The position numbers and the translations under genes are program-made. This document shows, in pieces, positions 42,488 to 52,786 of a DNA stretch of 64,000 nt. Each line of letters begins with the position of its first letter. The stretch's first letter is position 1. Source of the stretch: Candidatus Bathyarchaeota archaeon (lineage in GTDB: Archaea > Thermoproteota > Bathyarchaeia > Bathyarchaeales > Bathycorpusculaceae); contig OY970340.1 of NCBI GenBank assembly GCA_963717465.1, positions 2,208,001 to 2,272,000 on the forward strand, in the 5' to 3' direction. The notes under the pieces are model-generated. The model ran no database searches. It saw only the letters and a program-made list of their open reading frames with translations, and was not told the DNA's origin.

Positions 42488-44969
42488 TTATGTCGAAGTG
42501 GTTGCTTTGTTTTTCCGGCGGCGTATTATGCTAACAGTTATTGCACCAACGATGATTATGACGATCACTATGATTACAATCAGAATAGTTGTCTGCGACC
42601 CTGTATTGGTTGCGTTTGCATTTGGTGAGGGCGATGAAGTTGGTGAAGCCGTAGGTGTTGGAGTAGGTGAAGGAGTCGGAGTTGGAGTTGCTGTAGGTTG
42701 GACGGTGGGGCTTGGTGAAGGAGTAGGTGAAGGACTTGATGCACTGACTTCTATTGTGTTGCTTGTTCCGGAGTGGCCGTTGTCATCTGAAGCACTGATC
42801 GTTGCTGAACTAGCTGGCAGAAGGCAAGGTAACTGTGCCTGTCCAGACGCCATCAGTAAATGAACCAGTTGTAGAAGGGTTAATTGATTCTTGGCTGGCA
42901 TTCAAAGTGATAGATCCGGTATAGCTGGTAACGGTGTTTCCTAATGCATCCTCTGCTGTAATTGTAACGTTGAATTCGGTGCCGGCAGTTGCTGTGCTTG
43001 GGGCAGTTACTACGAAGTGATCTAGAGCGCCTGGATTAACGGTTAAGTTAGCTGTGTAAGGTGTTGAATTATATGTTCCGGTAACTGTCCAATTTCCAGC
43101 GTTTTCTGAAGTGTAAACATTGCTGCTCCAGGCACCATTAGCAGAAGAATTGATATTCCAAGTAACTGACCCAGTAACATTCCAGGTGTTGCCGTAATTA
43201 TCGGTAGCTAAAGCTGTGAAAGCCTCAGAGGTTCCAGCCGTAATTGAAGCTGAACTGGGTGTAACGGTTACACTCACCGCGGAAGCATGATTCACTGTTA
43301 GGTTTGCTGTGCCTGAGATTTGGCCGTCAGTGGCTGTAACTGTAAAGGTTCCAGCGTTTTCTGAAGTGTAAACATTGCTGCTCCATAAGCCTCCAGCGGT
43401 GTTGTTTATACTCCAAGTTACTGAAGCAGTGACATTGCCTAAATCGTAACCGTACTGGTCATATGCTTCTGCTGAGAAGGCTTGTGAATCTCCCGCTGTG
43501 ATGTTCGCTGAAGAGGGCGTAATCACGATGGAAGCGACTGCATTCTGAGCGAAGGTTGCAGTGATTGTGTAGTTAGCATAGACAGCGCTAAAAGTGTAAT
43601 TGTTACCATTAATGCTGCTGAGAACTGATTGCCCATCAACTTGAACATCAGCAATGTGATAGCCAGCATCAGGTGTTATAGTGAAATTGGGGGTATCGCC
43701 ATAGTTGACGACGACATTGCCTTGTGGATTAATGTTGCCATCGGAACCGGCAGATGCACTAATGGTGTAATTACTGGGTGCAAAAGCGTATACATTGTCA
43801 TCATATGAGCCCACGTAAAGGGCGTTGTTAGAGATAGCAGGAGAAGAAGTTATAACATTACCAATATTGTAAGTCCAGATTTCATCGCCATTGGAAGCAT
43901 TCAAAGCATACATGTTGCCTTCATTTGAGCCTACGTAAACAACCCCGTTGGCAACTGCAGGAGAAGATTCTTCGCTGTTAAATGTCTGGTAACTCCAAAG
44001 AAAACTGCCAATACTAGAATTCAGGGCATACAGATAGCCATTACCTGAGCCCACATACACAACTCCGTTAGCAACAGCAGGAGAAGAAATGACAGCACCA
44101 CTAGTAGTATAATTCCAAATTTGAGCACCCGTATTAGCATCTAAAGCATATAAATTACCATCATCAGAACCAACATAAACAATGTCATCAACAACAGCAG
44201 GAGAAGAATGGACAGCACCATCAGTAGTATAATTCCAAATTTGAGCACCCGTATTAGCATCTAAAGCATATAAATTACCATCATTTGAGCCAACGTAAAT
44301 AATATCGTTTGCAAAGGCGGGAGACGAAAAGACATTACCGCCCAATGTGCCATGTGAGTAGGTCCATACTGGAGTTCCAGTAGAAGCGTTCAAAGCATAT
44401 ACGTTGCCATTCGATGATCCTGAGTAAACAAGGTTGTTTGCTATGGTGGGGGAAGACCATACTGCTGCACCAGTAGAATAGTTCCAGATTTGAGTTCCGG
44501 AATAAGAAGCTAAAGCATATATATAGCCATCAGTCGAACCAAAATAGACTATACCGCCAGAAACAGCAGGAGAAGATTCGACTGCGCCACCAGTAGTATA
44601 ATTCCAAATTTGAGCACCTGTATTAGCATCTAAAGCATATAAATTACTATCATTAGAACCAACATAAACAATCCCATCTACAATTGCAGGAGAAGATTCG
44701 ACAGAACCACCAGTAGTGTAATTCCAGAGCAAATTACTTGTTAAAGGCCCACTGAAAGTTGAGAATCGGCTGTTTGTTAAGTCATCTCCGAACTTCCACC
44801 AAGTATCAGATTGCATCTGTGCCAAAGGCATAGAAAGTTGTGTTGCGCCCGTCCCGTTTGCGGTCAGGGTTCTATTGTTCAAAACGTTTGTTATAAGTGC
44901 AGAAAAGCAAATCAATAGAAGAGAAACGAGAAACAGTTTCCGAAAACTAATTTTTTTTTTTGATTTCAT
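42488..44969 (-). CDS. PQQ-like (BamB-type) beta-propeller surface protein with Ig modules, Pro/Thr linker and TM anchor; one +1 frameshift near 42815
   Basis: Eight W.Y.T...V.SSPAV..G.VY.GS....YAL repeats. The C-terminal part (ORF 42488) supplies the linker and TM plus RRRK. ATG at 44969. Confidence 0.85.
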
Positions 44970-45312
44970 TATTAACCACTCTTGTGACTTTCGCGATATT
45001 TTAGAATCTGCATTAATTTCGACCTTCAAGCTTATAAAAATTACTTGCCCTAAAGCAGCATTCTTTCGGTAGTATGCTTTTAAGAATGCAACGTTTGAGA
45101 TATAATGCTCTTGTACAAGAGTATAACATCAAGATCTATCAATTGTGACATTACTTGAAGTTGTTTTTCATTTTGTTATTTCTCTATGTACTATATTTGG
45201 CGTAGCAAATGTTTGGGTATAGCGGACAATTTTAATAAACCTATGTGGTTAGCGTAAGTATGTTTGTGCGCTAGCTCATGAAATAATTCAAAAAACGTCA
45301 GTAAAATTTCAA

Positions 45313-48300
45313 TTAGCTATCTGATTTTATTGTAGTGCGCTCGATGATGGCTCGTTTGTTCATGCTTCCTCGTTTAAGCAGAAAGATTGAGATCAGTAGT
45401 ATGATTGTTATGATTACGACTGCAACTATGACAATGTAGAGGCTTGGGCTGATTAGACTAACTGCAATCGCTTTACTCGTAACAGTATGGCCGCTATTCT
45501 CGTTCAAAGTGATCGCCACCGAACCAGCATGAGTTAAAGTTACCGAGCCTACCCAAACTCCAGAGATAAAAGACCCGGATGTCGATGGACTAACCGATCC
45601 AGGATTAGCACTTAAAGAAACAGTACCAGCAAAGCTAGTAACTGTGTTCCCATAGGCATCTACAGCTGTAATAGTAATACTGAATGAGCTGTCAGCAGTT
45701 GCAGAACTTGGAACATTAATCACAAAATGATTGAGAGGACCCGAATTAACAGTTAAAATAGCCGCATTCGATGTTAGATTACCGTAACTTGCTGTGACAA
45801 TGTAGAAGCCAGCCGAAGTCGTAGACACGTTGTTTCCAGTAACTGAAGCACTAGGAGCACTGTAATTAGCTGAGATACTGCCTAAACTATTACCATACTG
45901 GTCATAGGCAGTAGTATTGTAGCTCTGAGAATGACCCGCTATAATAATCGCCGAGGACGGGCTAATCATTATGTAATCTAGAGGAGCAACTGTAACTGTT
46001 AAATTAGTTGATGCGGTCTTACCACTGTAGTTTGCAGTAATCGTGTAAGAACCAACCAAAGTCTCAGATACAGAGTTTCCAGTGATGCCAACGCCATTGA
46101 CACTGTAAGAGGCGGTAACGGCGCCCAAATCATTGCCATACTGATCAAACCCTTCAGCAGAATAAGCCTTAGAACCACCCGCAACGATACTTGCCCCAAG
46201 TGGGCTAATCGTTATGTGATCCAAAGCACCCGGAGCGACTGCAAATGTGTTACTTGTACCATTGATAGATCCATCAGCTACGCCTAAAGCAACGTTGGTG
46301 CCCGCAGCGTCCACCGTAATGGAACCTGTCCAAACACCGTTTGAGAAACCACCAATGGCAGAAGAGGGAGAGATAGACCCAGCAGAGTAACTCAAAGTGG
46401 GAGTGCCATTGTACATTGTAACCGTGTTCCCGTTAGCATCCACAGCTGTAATGGTTACACTAAATGAAGCGCCTGCAACCTGAGAACCAACATAAGTAAA
46501 CAAGAAGCGATTCAACGCAGTAGGCAAAAAGTTTGCTGTAATAATGCCAGATCCGTTAATAGTTACCGACGTGGAAGCTAAAAATGAATTTGCAACTGTT
46601 CCAGCAGTGCTTGACCAAGACGAGAAAGAGTAGTTTCTGCTTGCTGTAGCGATTAGGCTTAGAGAACCAGCAGTCTCCCACACATTGGTGCCAGTAGGAG
46701 ATATTGATCCGCTTCCAGAAGGATTAACAGCAAACGTCACAAGATACTGATGATAATACACCGGATCTATGACGATGGCTCCAGTTACATAACCGGATAC
46801 TCCGGAAGTTGCGTTCCACTGCTCATTTGTTAGAGAACCTGGAATCGGATTAAGGATCCACCAGAATGTGCCTGCGTCCAACCAAGTTGTCTGACTTGAA
46901 GTAGTGAGAGCCAAAGCGTAGTTGTTAGAGCCATACTGTGTTCCATACAAGATAACGCTTGAGGTCGGGGTGGAGCTATCAGACGTGGAGTAACTTGCAG
47001 TAACCAGAAACTGTCGGTAGTAAGTGAAGGTTAGTGAACCGCCAGCAATAGTAGGCGATGAAGCTCCAACTGCGTCCGAAATAGTCTGAGATGAATTCCA
47101 CTGTTCGTTGGATCCAGATCCTCCTAGAGGATTAGTAACACTCCAGCTTTGACCACTATCAAGCCAGTAAGTAACTAAGCTTGTAGTAAGTGTAGGCGTA
47201 TAGGCCGAGCCAAACTGTATAGAAGTCAGAGTTGGTGCAGCGTATCCCGAGCCTCCTGAGGCAGCATAATCAAGCTGGAAAGAATACTGATGGTAATAGG
47301 TTATGGTTATTGTGGTTGAGGTGTTTGCGGTTCCTGTTGCGCTGCTTGTATCCCATCGTTCGCTGGCGCCTGATCCGGAAAGCAGGTTCGTGTAAGTGTA
47401 CGTTGTGCCCGCATCGACCCAGACCGGTGAGCCACCGCTTGTTACCGCAGTCACAGTGTTGCCACTACTACCAAACTGAGTATAAGTCACCGTGGGCGCA
47501 GCAGGTGAACCACCACCAGAAACAGAATACAGGAAAGTAATCGAGTATTGGTTGTAGTAGGTGAGAGCTGTGGTTTGTGTGGTTGAGACTGTTCCACTGG
47601 TGGTTTGCGTTGTGTACCATCTTTCATTGCTTGATGAGCCTGATAGTTGGTTGGTAATGGACCAGGAGTCTCCGTTGTCAAGCCAGTAGGCGGTTGGTGT
47701 TCCTGTTAAGGTTGGTGTGTATGCGCCACCGAATTGTGTTGATATTAGGGTTGGTGCGGAGTATCCTGAGCCTCCTCCTGAGACAGAGTAACTTAGCGTG
47801 AAACTATATTGGTTGTAGTAGGTGAAAACCGTGGTTTGTGTGGCTGATACTGTTCCACTGGTGGTTTGTGTTGTATCCCATCTTTCGCTGCTCGATGAGC
47901 CTGAGAGTGAGCTGGTGATGGACCATGAAGCGCCATTATCAAGCCAATAATCAGTTGCTGTGGTTGTTAGGGTTGGTGTGTATGAGCTTCCGAATTGTGT
48001 TGATATTAGGGTTGGTGCGGAGTATTCTGAGCCTCCTCCTGAGACAGAGTAACTTAGCGTGAAACTGTATTGGTGATAATATGTAGGATCAGCTGACACG
48101 AAACCAGACATAACAGATGGAATTACGGTGTCAGTGCCGTTGTCAGATGGATTAATCATGAACTGTTCATTGCTAGAAACCCCAATCCCAATTGGAGACG
48201 TATAGTTGACAGATGTACCTGCATCAACCCAGTCGCTTGATACAGGTGTAAGTGTGCTAGAATTTATGAGGACGCCGTCATTGTCGGTTGATAAGTATAT

Positions 48301-49035
48301 TGTGTTGCCAAACTGCTGGTAAGAAACCAAGTCAGATTGGCTTGCAAGTATGGATAGGTCATTGGTTGAGTAAGCGAAGGTTACGAGGAATTGGTGGGTA
48401 TAGTTGAAAGCGATTGTTTGGTCTTCGGTAGCATTGCCAGAAGGGGTTGGGGTGTTCCATTGCTCGGTGGTTGATCCGATATTGTTATCTACCGACCAAG
48501 TTGTGCCTGTTGAAACTTGGAGGCCTGTGGGCGTTGTGGTTAAATTGTACGTTTCGGGGTTGTCTTCTGGGTCCGTGTAGTAGAATACTGGCTGGGTTGG
48601 GGGTAGTTCTTTATCGCCTTGAACTTGATAGCTGACTGTCAGTGTTACGTATGAGCCTTGGTCTTTGAATGTTGTTTTGGCGGTGTCTGCTCCGTCTGTG
48701 GCGGTTATGCTGTAGAGGGGTGCGCCTTCCTTGTCAATTTGGTAGGTTGTTGTGAAGTTGCCGTTCGTGTTGGAGGTTGTAGTCCATGTTGTAGTTGTGC
48801 TGTCTGAGTTTTTTGTGACGTTTATGGTTACGTTTGTGTTAGGAAGGAAACCTGTTCCGTATATAATTACCGTTTCTCCAGGATGGTAATCAGCTTTATT
48901 AGTCCATACTGCCGCCGAGTAAGCAGCTGACTTAAGTGGAACTGACGAGACAACGCTCGCTTTAGCACACCCAATTATGGTAACAAGAACCAGCGTGACG
49001 AATAATATCGTGATTATTATTTTCAGCTTGTTCAT
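45313..49035 (-). CDS. Large modular surface glycoprotein (~1240 aa) with C-terminal TM; paralog of 35485-39980
   Basis: Signal peptide ending IGCAKAS, WTNKADYHPG module and YSVSGGGS..AP..TQFG modules, including a 261-bp internal duplication around 47550-48070. ATG at 49035. Confidence 0.82.
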   Translation of the reverse strand: MNKLKIIITILFVTLVLVTIIGCAKASVVSSVPLKSAAYSAAVWTNKADYHPGETVIIYGTGFLPNTNVTINVTKNSDSTTTTWTTTSNTNGNFTTTYQIDKEGAPLYSITATDGADTAKTTFKDQGSYVTLTVSYQVQGDKELPPTQPVFYYTDPEDNPETYNLTTTPTGLQVSTGTTWSVDNNIGSTTEQWNTPTPSGNATEDQTIAFNYTHQFLVTFAYSTNDLSILASQSDLVSYQQFGNTIYLSTDNDGVLINSSTLTPVSSDWVDAGTSVNYTSPIGIGVSSNEQFMINPSDNGTDTVIPSVMSGFVSADPTYYHQYSFTLSYSVSGGGSEYSAPTLISTQFGSSYTPTLTTTATDYWLDNGASWSITSSLSGSSSSERWDTTQTTSGTVSATQTTVFTYYNQYSFTLSYSVSGGGSGYSAPTLISTQFGGAYTPTLTGTPTAYWLDNGDSWSITNQLSGSSSNERWYTTQTTSGTVSTTQTTALTYYNQYSITFLYSVSGGGSPAAPTVTYTQFGSSGNTVTAVTSGGSPVWVDAGTTYTYTNLLSGSGASERWDTSSATGTANTSTTITITYYHQYSFQLDYAASGGSGYAAPTLTSIQFGSAYTPTLTTSLVTYWLDSGQSWSVTNPLGGSGSNEQWNSSQTISDAVGASSPTIAGGSLTFTYYRQFLVTASYSTSDSSTPTSSVILYGTQYGSNNYALALTTSSQTTWLDAGTFWWILNPIPGSLTNEQWNATSGVSGYVTGAIVIDPVYYHQYLVTFAVNPSGSGSISPTGTNVWETAGSLSLIATASRNYSFSSWSSTAGTVANSFLASTSVTINGSGIITANFLPTALNRFLFTYVGSQVAGASFSVTITAVDANGNTVTMYNGTPTLSYSAGSISPSSAIGGFSNGVWTGSITVDAAGTNVALGVADGSINGTSNTFAVAPGALDHITISPLGASIVAGGSKAYSAEGFDQYGNDLGAVTASYSVNGVGITGNSVSETLVGSYTITANYSGKTASTNLTVTVAPLDYIMISPSSAIIIAGHSQSYNTTAYDQYGNSLGSISANYSAPSASVTGNNVSTTSAGFYIVTASYGNLTSNAAILTVNSGPLNHFVINVPSSATADSSFSITITAVDAYGNTVTSFAGTVSLSANPGSVSPSTSGSFISGVWVGSVTLTHAGSVAITLNENSGHTVTSKAIAVSLISPSLYIVIVAVVIITIILLISIFLLKRGSMNKRAIIERTTIKSDS

Positions 49036-49204
49036 TGATTTTAACCTCTGCTTTCCCTTTCCTTGACTTGAAGTCATTTCCATTTTTTCACGAATTTCTC
49101 GAACATAAACGGAGAATTGTAACATTTGGTTAATTGTTATAAGCTGTCAAGTAACTTATTCATCTTTGCGTTTATTCAGTTGCTCCATGAAAGGGGCAAA
49201 TTTT

Positions 49205-49645
49205 TTAATTGACTGTTTTTGCAGTATATTTATATTGGTTATAAATTGCGACACTGGCAAACCCTATCGAAATTGCTGATAAGATAACAATAATAGGCAT
49301 ATCGGATAACCCCAACGGAGTAAAATTGCAGATTAATGCTACCAAAATTACCAAAATGATACTCAGTGCAACACTTAAGGTAATTGTTTCGATGCTTCCG
49401 ACTGGTTTTCTTGAAAAAAGCGCTTTCACAAAACAGAACCCAGGCACCCAGAAGAGCATACTCAAACCAGCTATCCATCTTACGATTACTAAAGGAAAAC
49501 TTGCGGGTGATATTAGTAACATGGAGACAATTGATACCGCGCTTGATAATAGCACGCCTAGAAACCACACAAACGAATTTTCAGAGACACGTTGCTTAGG
49601 CTTCATGTTTTTTTTCTCAAATGAACCCAATCTTAACATCGCCAT
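49205..49645 (-). CDS. DUF1616-like membrane domain protein
   Basis: R..AG...LFWVPGFCFVKALF....IETITLSVALSI....L..NFTPLG pattern. Confidence 0.7.
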   Translation of the reverse strand: MAMLRLGSFEKKNMKPKQRVSENSFVWFLGVLLSSAVSIVSMLLISPASFPLVIVRWIAGLSMLFWVPGFCFVKALFSRKPVGSIETITLSVALSIILVILVALICNFTPLGLSDMPIIVILSAISIGFASVAIYNQYKYTAKTVN

Positions 49646-49759
49646 TACTTTGTGAAGGAAGATTTATCACATTTTGCATGTTACAAACCATGATTTTGAT
49701 ATAAACCATGATGCTCTCTCACTCTTATTTGTTGGCATTATATTTGCTAAGAATTTTGA

Positions 49760-50314
49760 TCATGTTGCTACGGTAAGGAATGGGGAGGATACCCATGTGT
49801 TAGTGAAAACATACGTATTATTCGAGGTGTTGAAAGCCCAAAGGTCGAATCTAAACTGGAAAAGCAAATTTTGATTGTATTGGTTTTGTGAAACCTGCAC
49901 TTGATCGTTGTTAAATAAAATTTGCAGAGTTTGATTATTGTTTAAATTGTTATTTATTTGATAAGTGAAATTTTTTGCCCAAATGCCATTGCTACTTATA
50001 TAAAACGTGTAGTTGCTAAGCGCCATGGAATTTAACGAGTTAAAAGAAGAATTTAAAACTAACAATTCAACATTTAATGTACATAGTTGGGTGTTGCCCA
50101 TCGAATTTTGAACTGTTATTGAAAGATCATTGTTTTGACCTGAAGTTACGTTTAACTCTGCAGGTAAAATAGCTCCGTCGGGGCTGGTTAGTGATAGTTG
50201 GAAAAAAGCGGTTTTTTGTGGTGTGATGCTATAGATGTAAATGCATGATGCTAGCAGTATTGTTGAGCAAATGGCTATTACTGCTGCCAGGCGTATTTCT
50301 TCTTTGTTAAGCAT
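49760..50314 (-). CDS. DUF1616-like extracellular domain protein (N-terminal TM plus beta sandwich)
   Basis: TM, then FFQLSL...P..NVT.G....ITVQN.MG and a terminal FDLWAFN. Confidence 0.55.
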   Translation of the reverse strand: MLNKEEIRLAAVIAICSTILLASCIYIYSITPQKTAFFQLSLTSPDGAILPAELNVTSGQNNDLSITVQNSMGNTQLCTLNVELLVLNSSFNSLNSMALSNYTFYISSNGIWAKNFTYQINNNLNNNQTLQILFNNDQVQVSQNQYNQNLLFQFRFDLWAFNTSNNTYVFTNTWVSSPFLTVAT

Positions 50315-50509
50315 TTCCTTATCTCTTTGGTTTAGCTTATTTGAAAGTTCTTATTAAGCGAAAGATTTGAGCTTCAGTAAATGTTAACCTCTTATTTAAG
50401 GAGATTTAGTCCAATGCGTATATGTGTCTAACAGATGTTACTAAAAGCTTATAGGCAGTAAGAGTTTTATTTGCAGTCAGGTTAGTAAGACTTGTTAGGG
50501 ATTGCGCGT

Positions 50510-52552
50510 ATGAAGAAACCGAGAATGGCCACTTTAATTCTTGTTCTTGCTTCGTGTTTACTCGTTATATTAATTACATGTGCGTTAGCAGCGACAATAT
50601 CATCAGTGACTATTCAAACATCAGGTTCGGTTACAAGTGCCACCAGTACCAATATAACTTTTGTTCAAGGCAACGCAAAAGGGTATACTGCTAGCTATGG
50701 CACCTCAATTTCTGTCGCTATGGGGAGCGCTCCAACAAGAGGCGACGTGCTTATTGCGGTTATTGGCACGGATTCAGCGTACATGGGTGAGTTTTGTCCT
50801 GTTTCAAGCATAGTTCAAACTGGCGTGACATGGACTAAAGAGTTAAACAGCACCTATGTCTCGTCTGGCACGTATTATTTAGATGTTGAAATATGGGCTG
50901 GAATTGTTAGTTCTGGGGCTTCGACTAATCTAACAGTTAATTTGTCAGTTGGTCCGAGTTTCGGAGCAGTTGCTGACGTATGCGAATTTAGTGGTTTAAG
51001 TGGCGTGGTTGATAAAACTGCGGTAAATGGTGGTTCTGGAACTACTACGAACACGGGAACAACAGCAACTACTTCGCAATCTAAAGAGCTGTGGATTGGG
51101 GGTATATCAGCTTATTACACTTCACAAGCATCGCCTACTAATGGGTTTACGCTCTTTGACGGAGCGACACAACCCAATTTGTCTGTTAGTTACCTTGAAA
51201 AGAATGTTTCTTCTACTGGCGCAGCTAATTCAGGAACCACTATAAGTTCGAGCGGGACTTGGGCAGGTTGCATCGCAACTTTTCTAGCAGGTACGCCAGT
51301 TCTTGGTGTTGGCTCAAGCGCAAACATTCTTTGCGGGCAGTTAAGCAGCGGTACATATTTTATGGATAGCGGAACGTACGTTTATGGAACGTCAGCTTCA
51401 TCTGTGATTGATAGCGCTATTTCCCAAGTTAGCGCTCTCGGCAATGGTCACGTTATATTGATTAATGGAACATGGGTTTTGACAACACCAATTGTTGCCC
51501 AAAGCAATGTAAATCTTACTTGCTACTCAGGTGTTACGATCTGTCAAAATACGCCTTCATCGCTCAGCAATAGCATATCATTGTTGCTTGGCACTAATGG
51601 TGGGATAAGCAACTTTGTTGTAGACGGGGGAACATGGAACGGCAATAAAGGCAGTTTAACTGATCATAGAGGCTCGAGTACATGGAGTGGAAACTTCTTC
51701 AGTTACATGGGAATAGGCTTTGACAGCAGCACCCAATCTGTGAACATCACAATAGAAAACTTGACACTGGAAAATGTGATTGGGCAAGGTATTGACTTGG
51801 CCGAGTGCTATAATGCGTTGGTTTACAACTGTACTGTGATAAATGCCGGTGATAACCCTATCACGCTGGACACTTCGTCTTCTAATAGCGTTGTAGAATA
51901 TTGCACTGTAGTTGGTGGTCAAGATGTCGGAATAAACACTTGGGAAGCCTCAAATTGCACACTTCAATATAACACGGTCTCTAATGTTACACAATATTCA
52001 GGAGCAAGCCATTGGGGAATAGCTGCTGAACAGAGCCAATACGTGAACATTCTAAACAACACAGTTTCCGGTTGCGAATACAACATCGAATCAACATCTA
52101 ACAACACCCTCGTATATGGCAATATTGTCAATGGTCAAGGATACTCGAATTTTGGAATCCAAATCGCAACGGCATGTAACAATATTGTAAGTTTCAACAC
52201 CGTGTCTGGATGCACCAATGCCTTTGGTACATATACGGCCATCACTCAAACATTAAACCTGACGCTTCAAGGCAACATCGGTTTTTCAGGATACTACACT
52301 TTAAATTTAACTCTTGCAGGCTCGGGAAGCGGCACAGTTTCAGAATCTAACGCGTGGTGCAATCAAGGTTTAGCCTCAATCAGCGGCAACAACTGGCAGT
52401 TCCCAACAGGGACAACCATAGTGTTAACGGCGACCTCCGCTTCAGGTTCAACATTTGAATACTTCATGCTAACTAACAGCACGACTACAACAAGCAATCC
52501 ATTAGGTATAGTTATCAATGGAAACATGACAATAACTGCTTACTTCCAGTAA
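50510..52552 (+). CDS. Secreted right-handed parallel beta-helix protein (pectin lyase-like) with N-terminal beta-sandwich and C-terminal InlB-B-like domain
   Basis: Signal peptide, VIDSAISQV..G.V.LINGTW cap and repeated NxTIxNxT / GI.....N strands. ATG at 50510. Confidence 0.78.
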   Translation: MKKPRMATLILVLASCLLVILITCALAATISSVTIQTSGSVTSATSTNITFVQGNAKGYTASYGTSISVAMGSAPTRGDVLIAVIGTDSAYMGEFCPVSSIVQTGVTWTKELNSTYVSSGTYYLDVEIWAGIVSSGASTNLTVNLSVGPSFGAVADVCEFSGLSGVVDKTAVNGGSGTTTNTGTTATTSQSKELWIGGISAYYTSQASPTNGFTLFDGATQPNLSVSYLEKNVSSTGAANSGTTISSSGTWAGCIATFLAGTPVLGVGSSANILCGQLSSGTYFMDSGTYVYGTSASSVIDSAISQVSALGNGHVILINGTWVLTTPIVAQSNVNLTCYSGVTICQNTPSSLSNSISLLLGTNGGISNFVVDGGTWNGNKGSLTDHRGSSTWSGNFFSYMGIGFDSSTQSVNITIENLTLENVIGQGIDLAECYNALVYNCTVINAGDNPITLDTSSSNSVVEYCTVVGGQDVGINTWEASNCTLQYNTVSNVTQYSGASHWGIAAEQSQYVNILNNTVSGCEYNIESTSNNTLVYGNIVNGQGYSNFGIQIATACNNIVSFNTVSGCTNAFGTYTAITQTLNLTLQGNIGFSGYYTLNLTLAGSGSGTVSESNAWCNQGLASISGNNWQFPTGTTIVLTATSASGSTFEYFMLTNSTTTTSNPLGIVINGNMTITAYFQ

Positions 52553-52786
52553 TCGTACCAACCCTCAATCCTACACCAATACCCTAGCTTTCCCATATTT
52601 GTTCAAAAACATGCTAGCGAGCCCGAACAAATCTAGAAAAACCAATCTCAGAAACACAGAGATTAAATTAACCCAAATAATAGGTAAAATCTTTTTCTTG
52701 AACTAAAACTAAACTGGAAAAAACACTTCTGATCATCAGCCTCTCAGTAAAACCCATAAGTCCTGAAAAGTTTTCACCATTTTTAA

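Noticed and set aside
37061..42830. Programmed ribosomal frameshifting in hemA and the adhesins
   Set aside because: The junctions lack slippery heptamers and match the +1 insertion pattern seen across the window.
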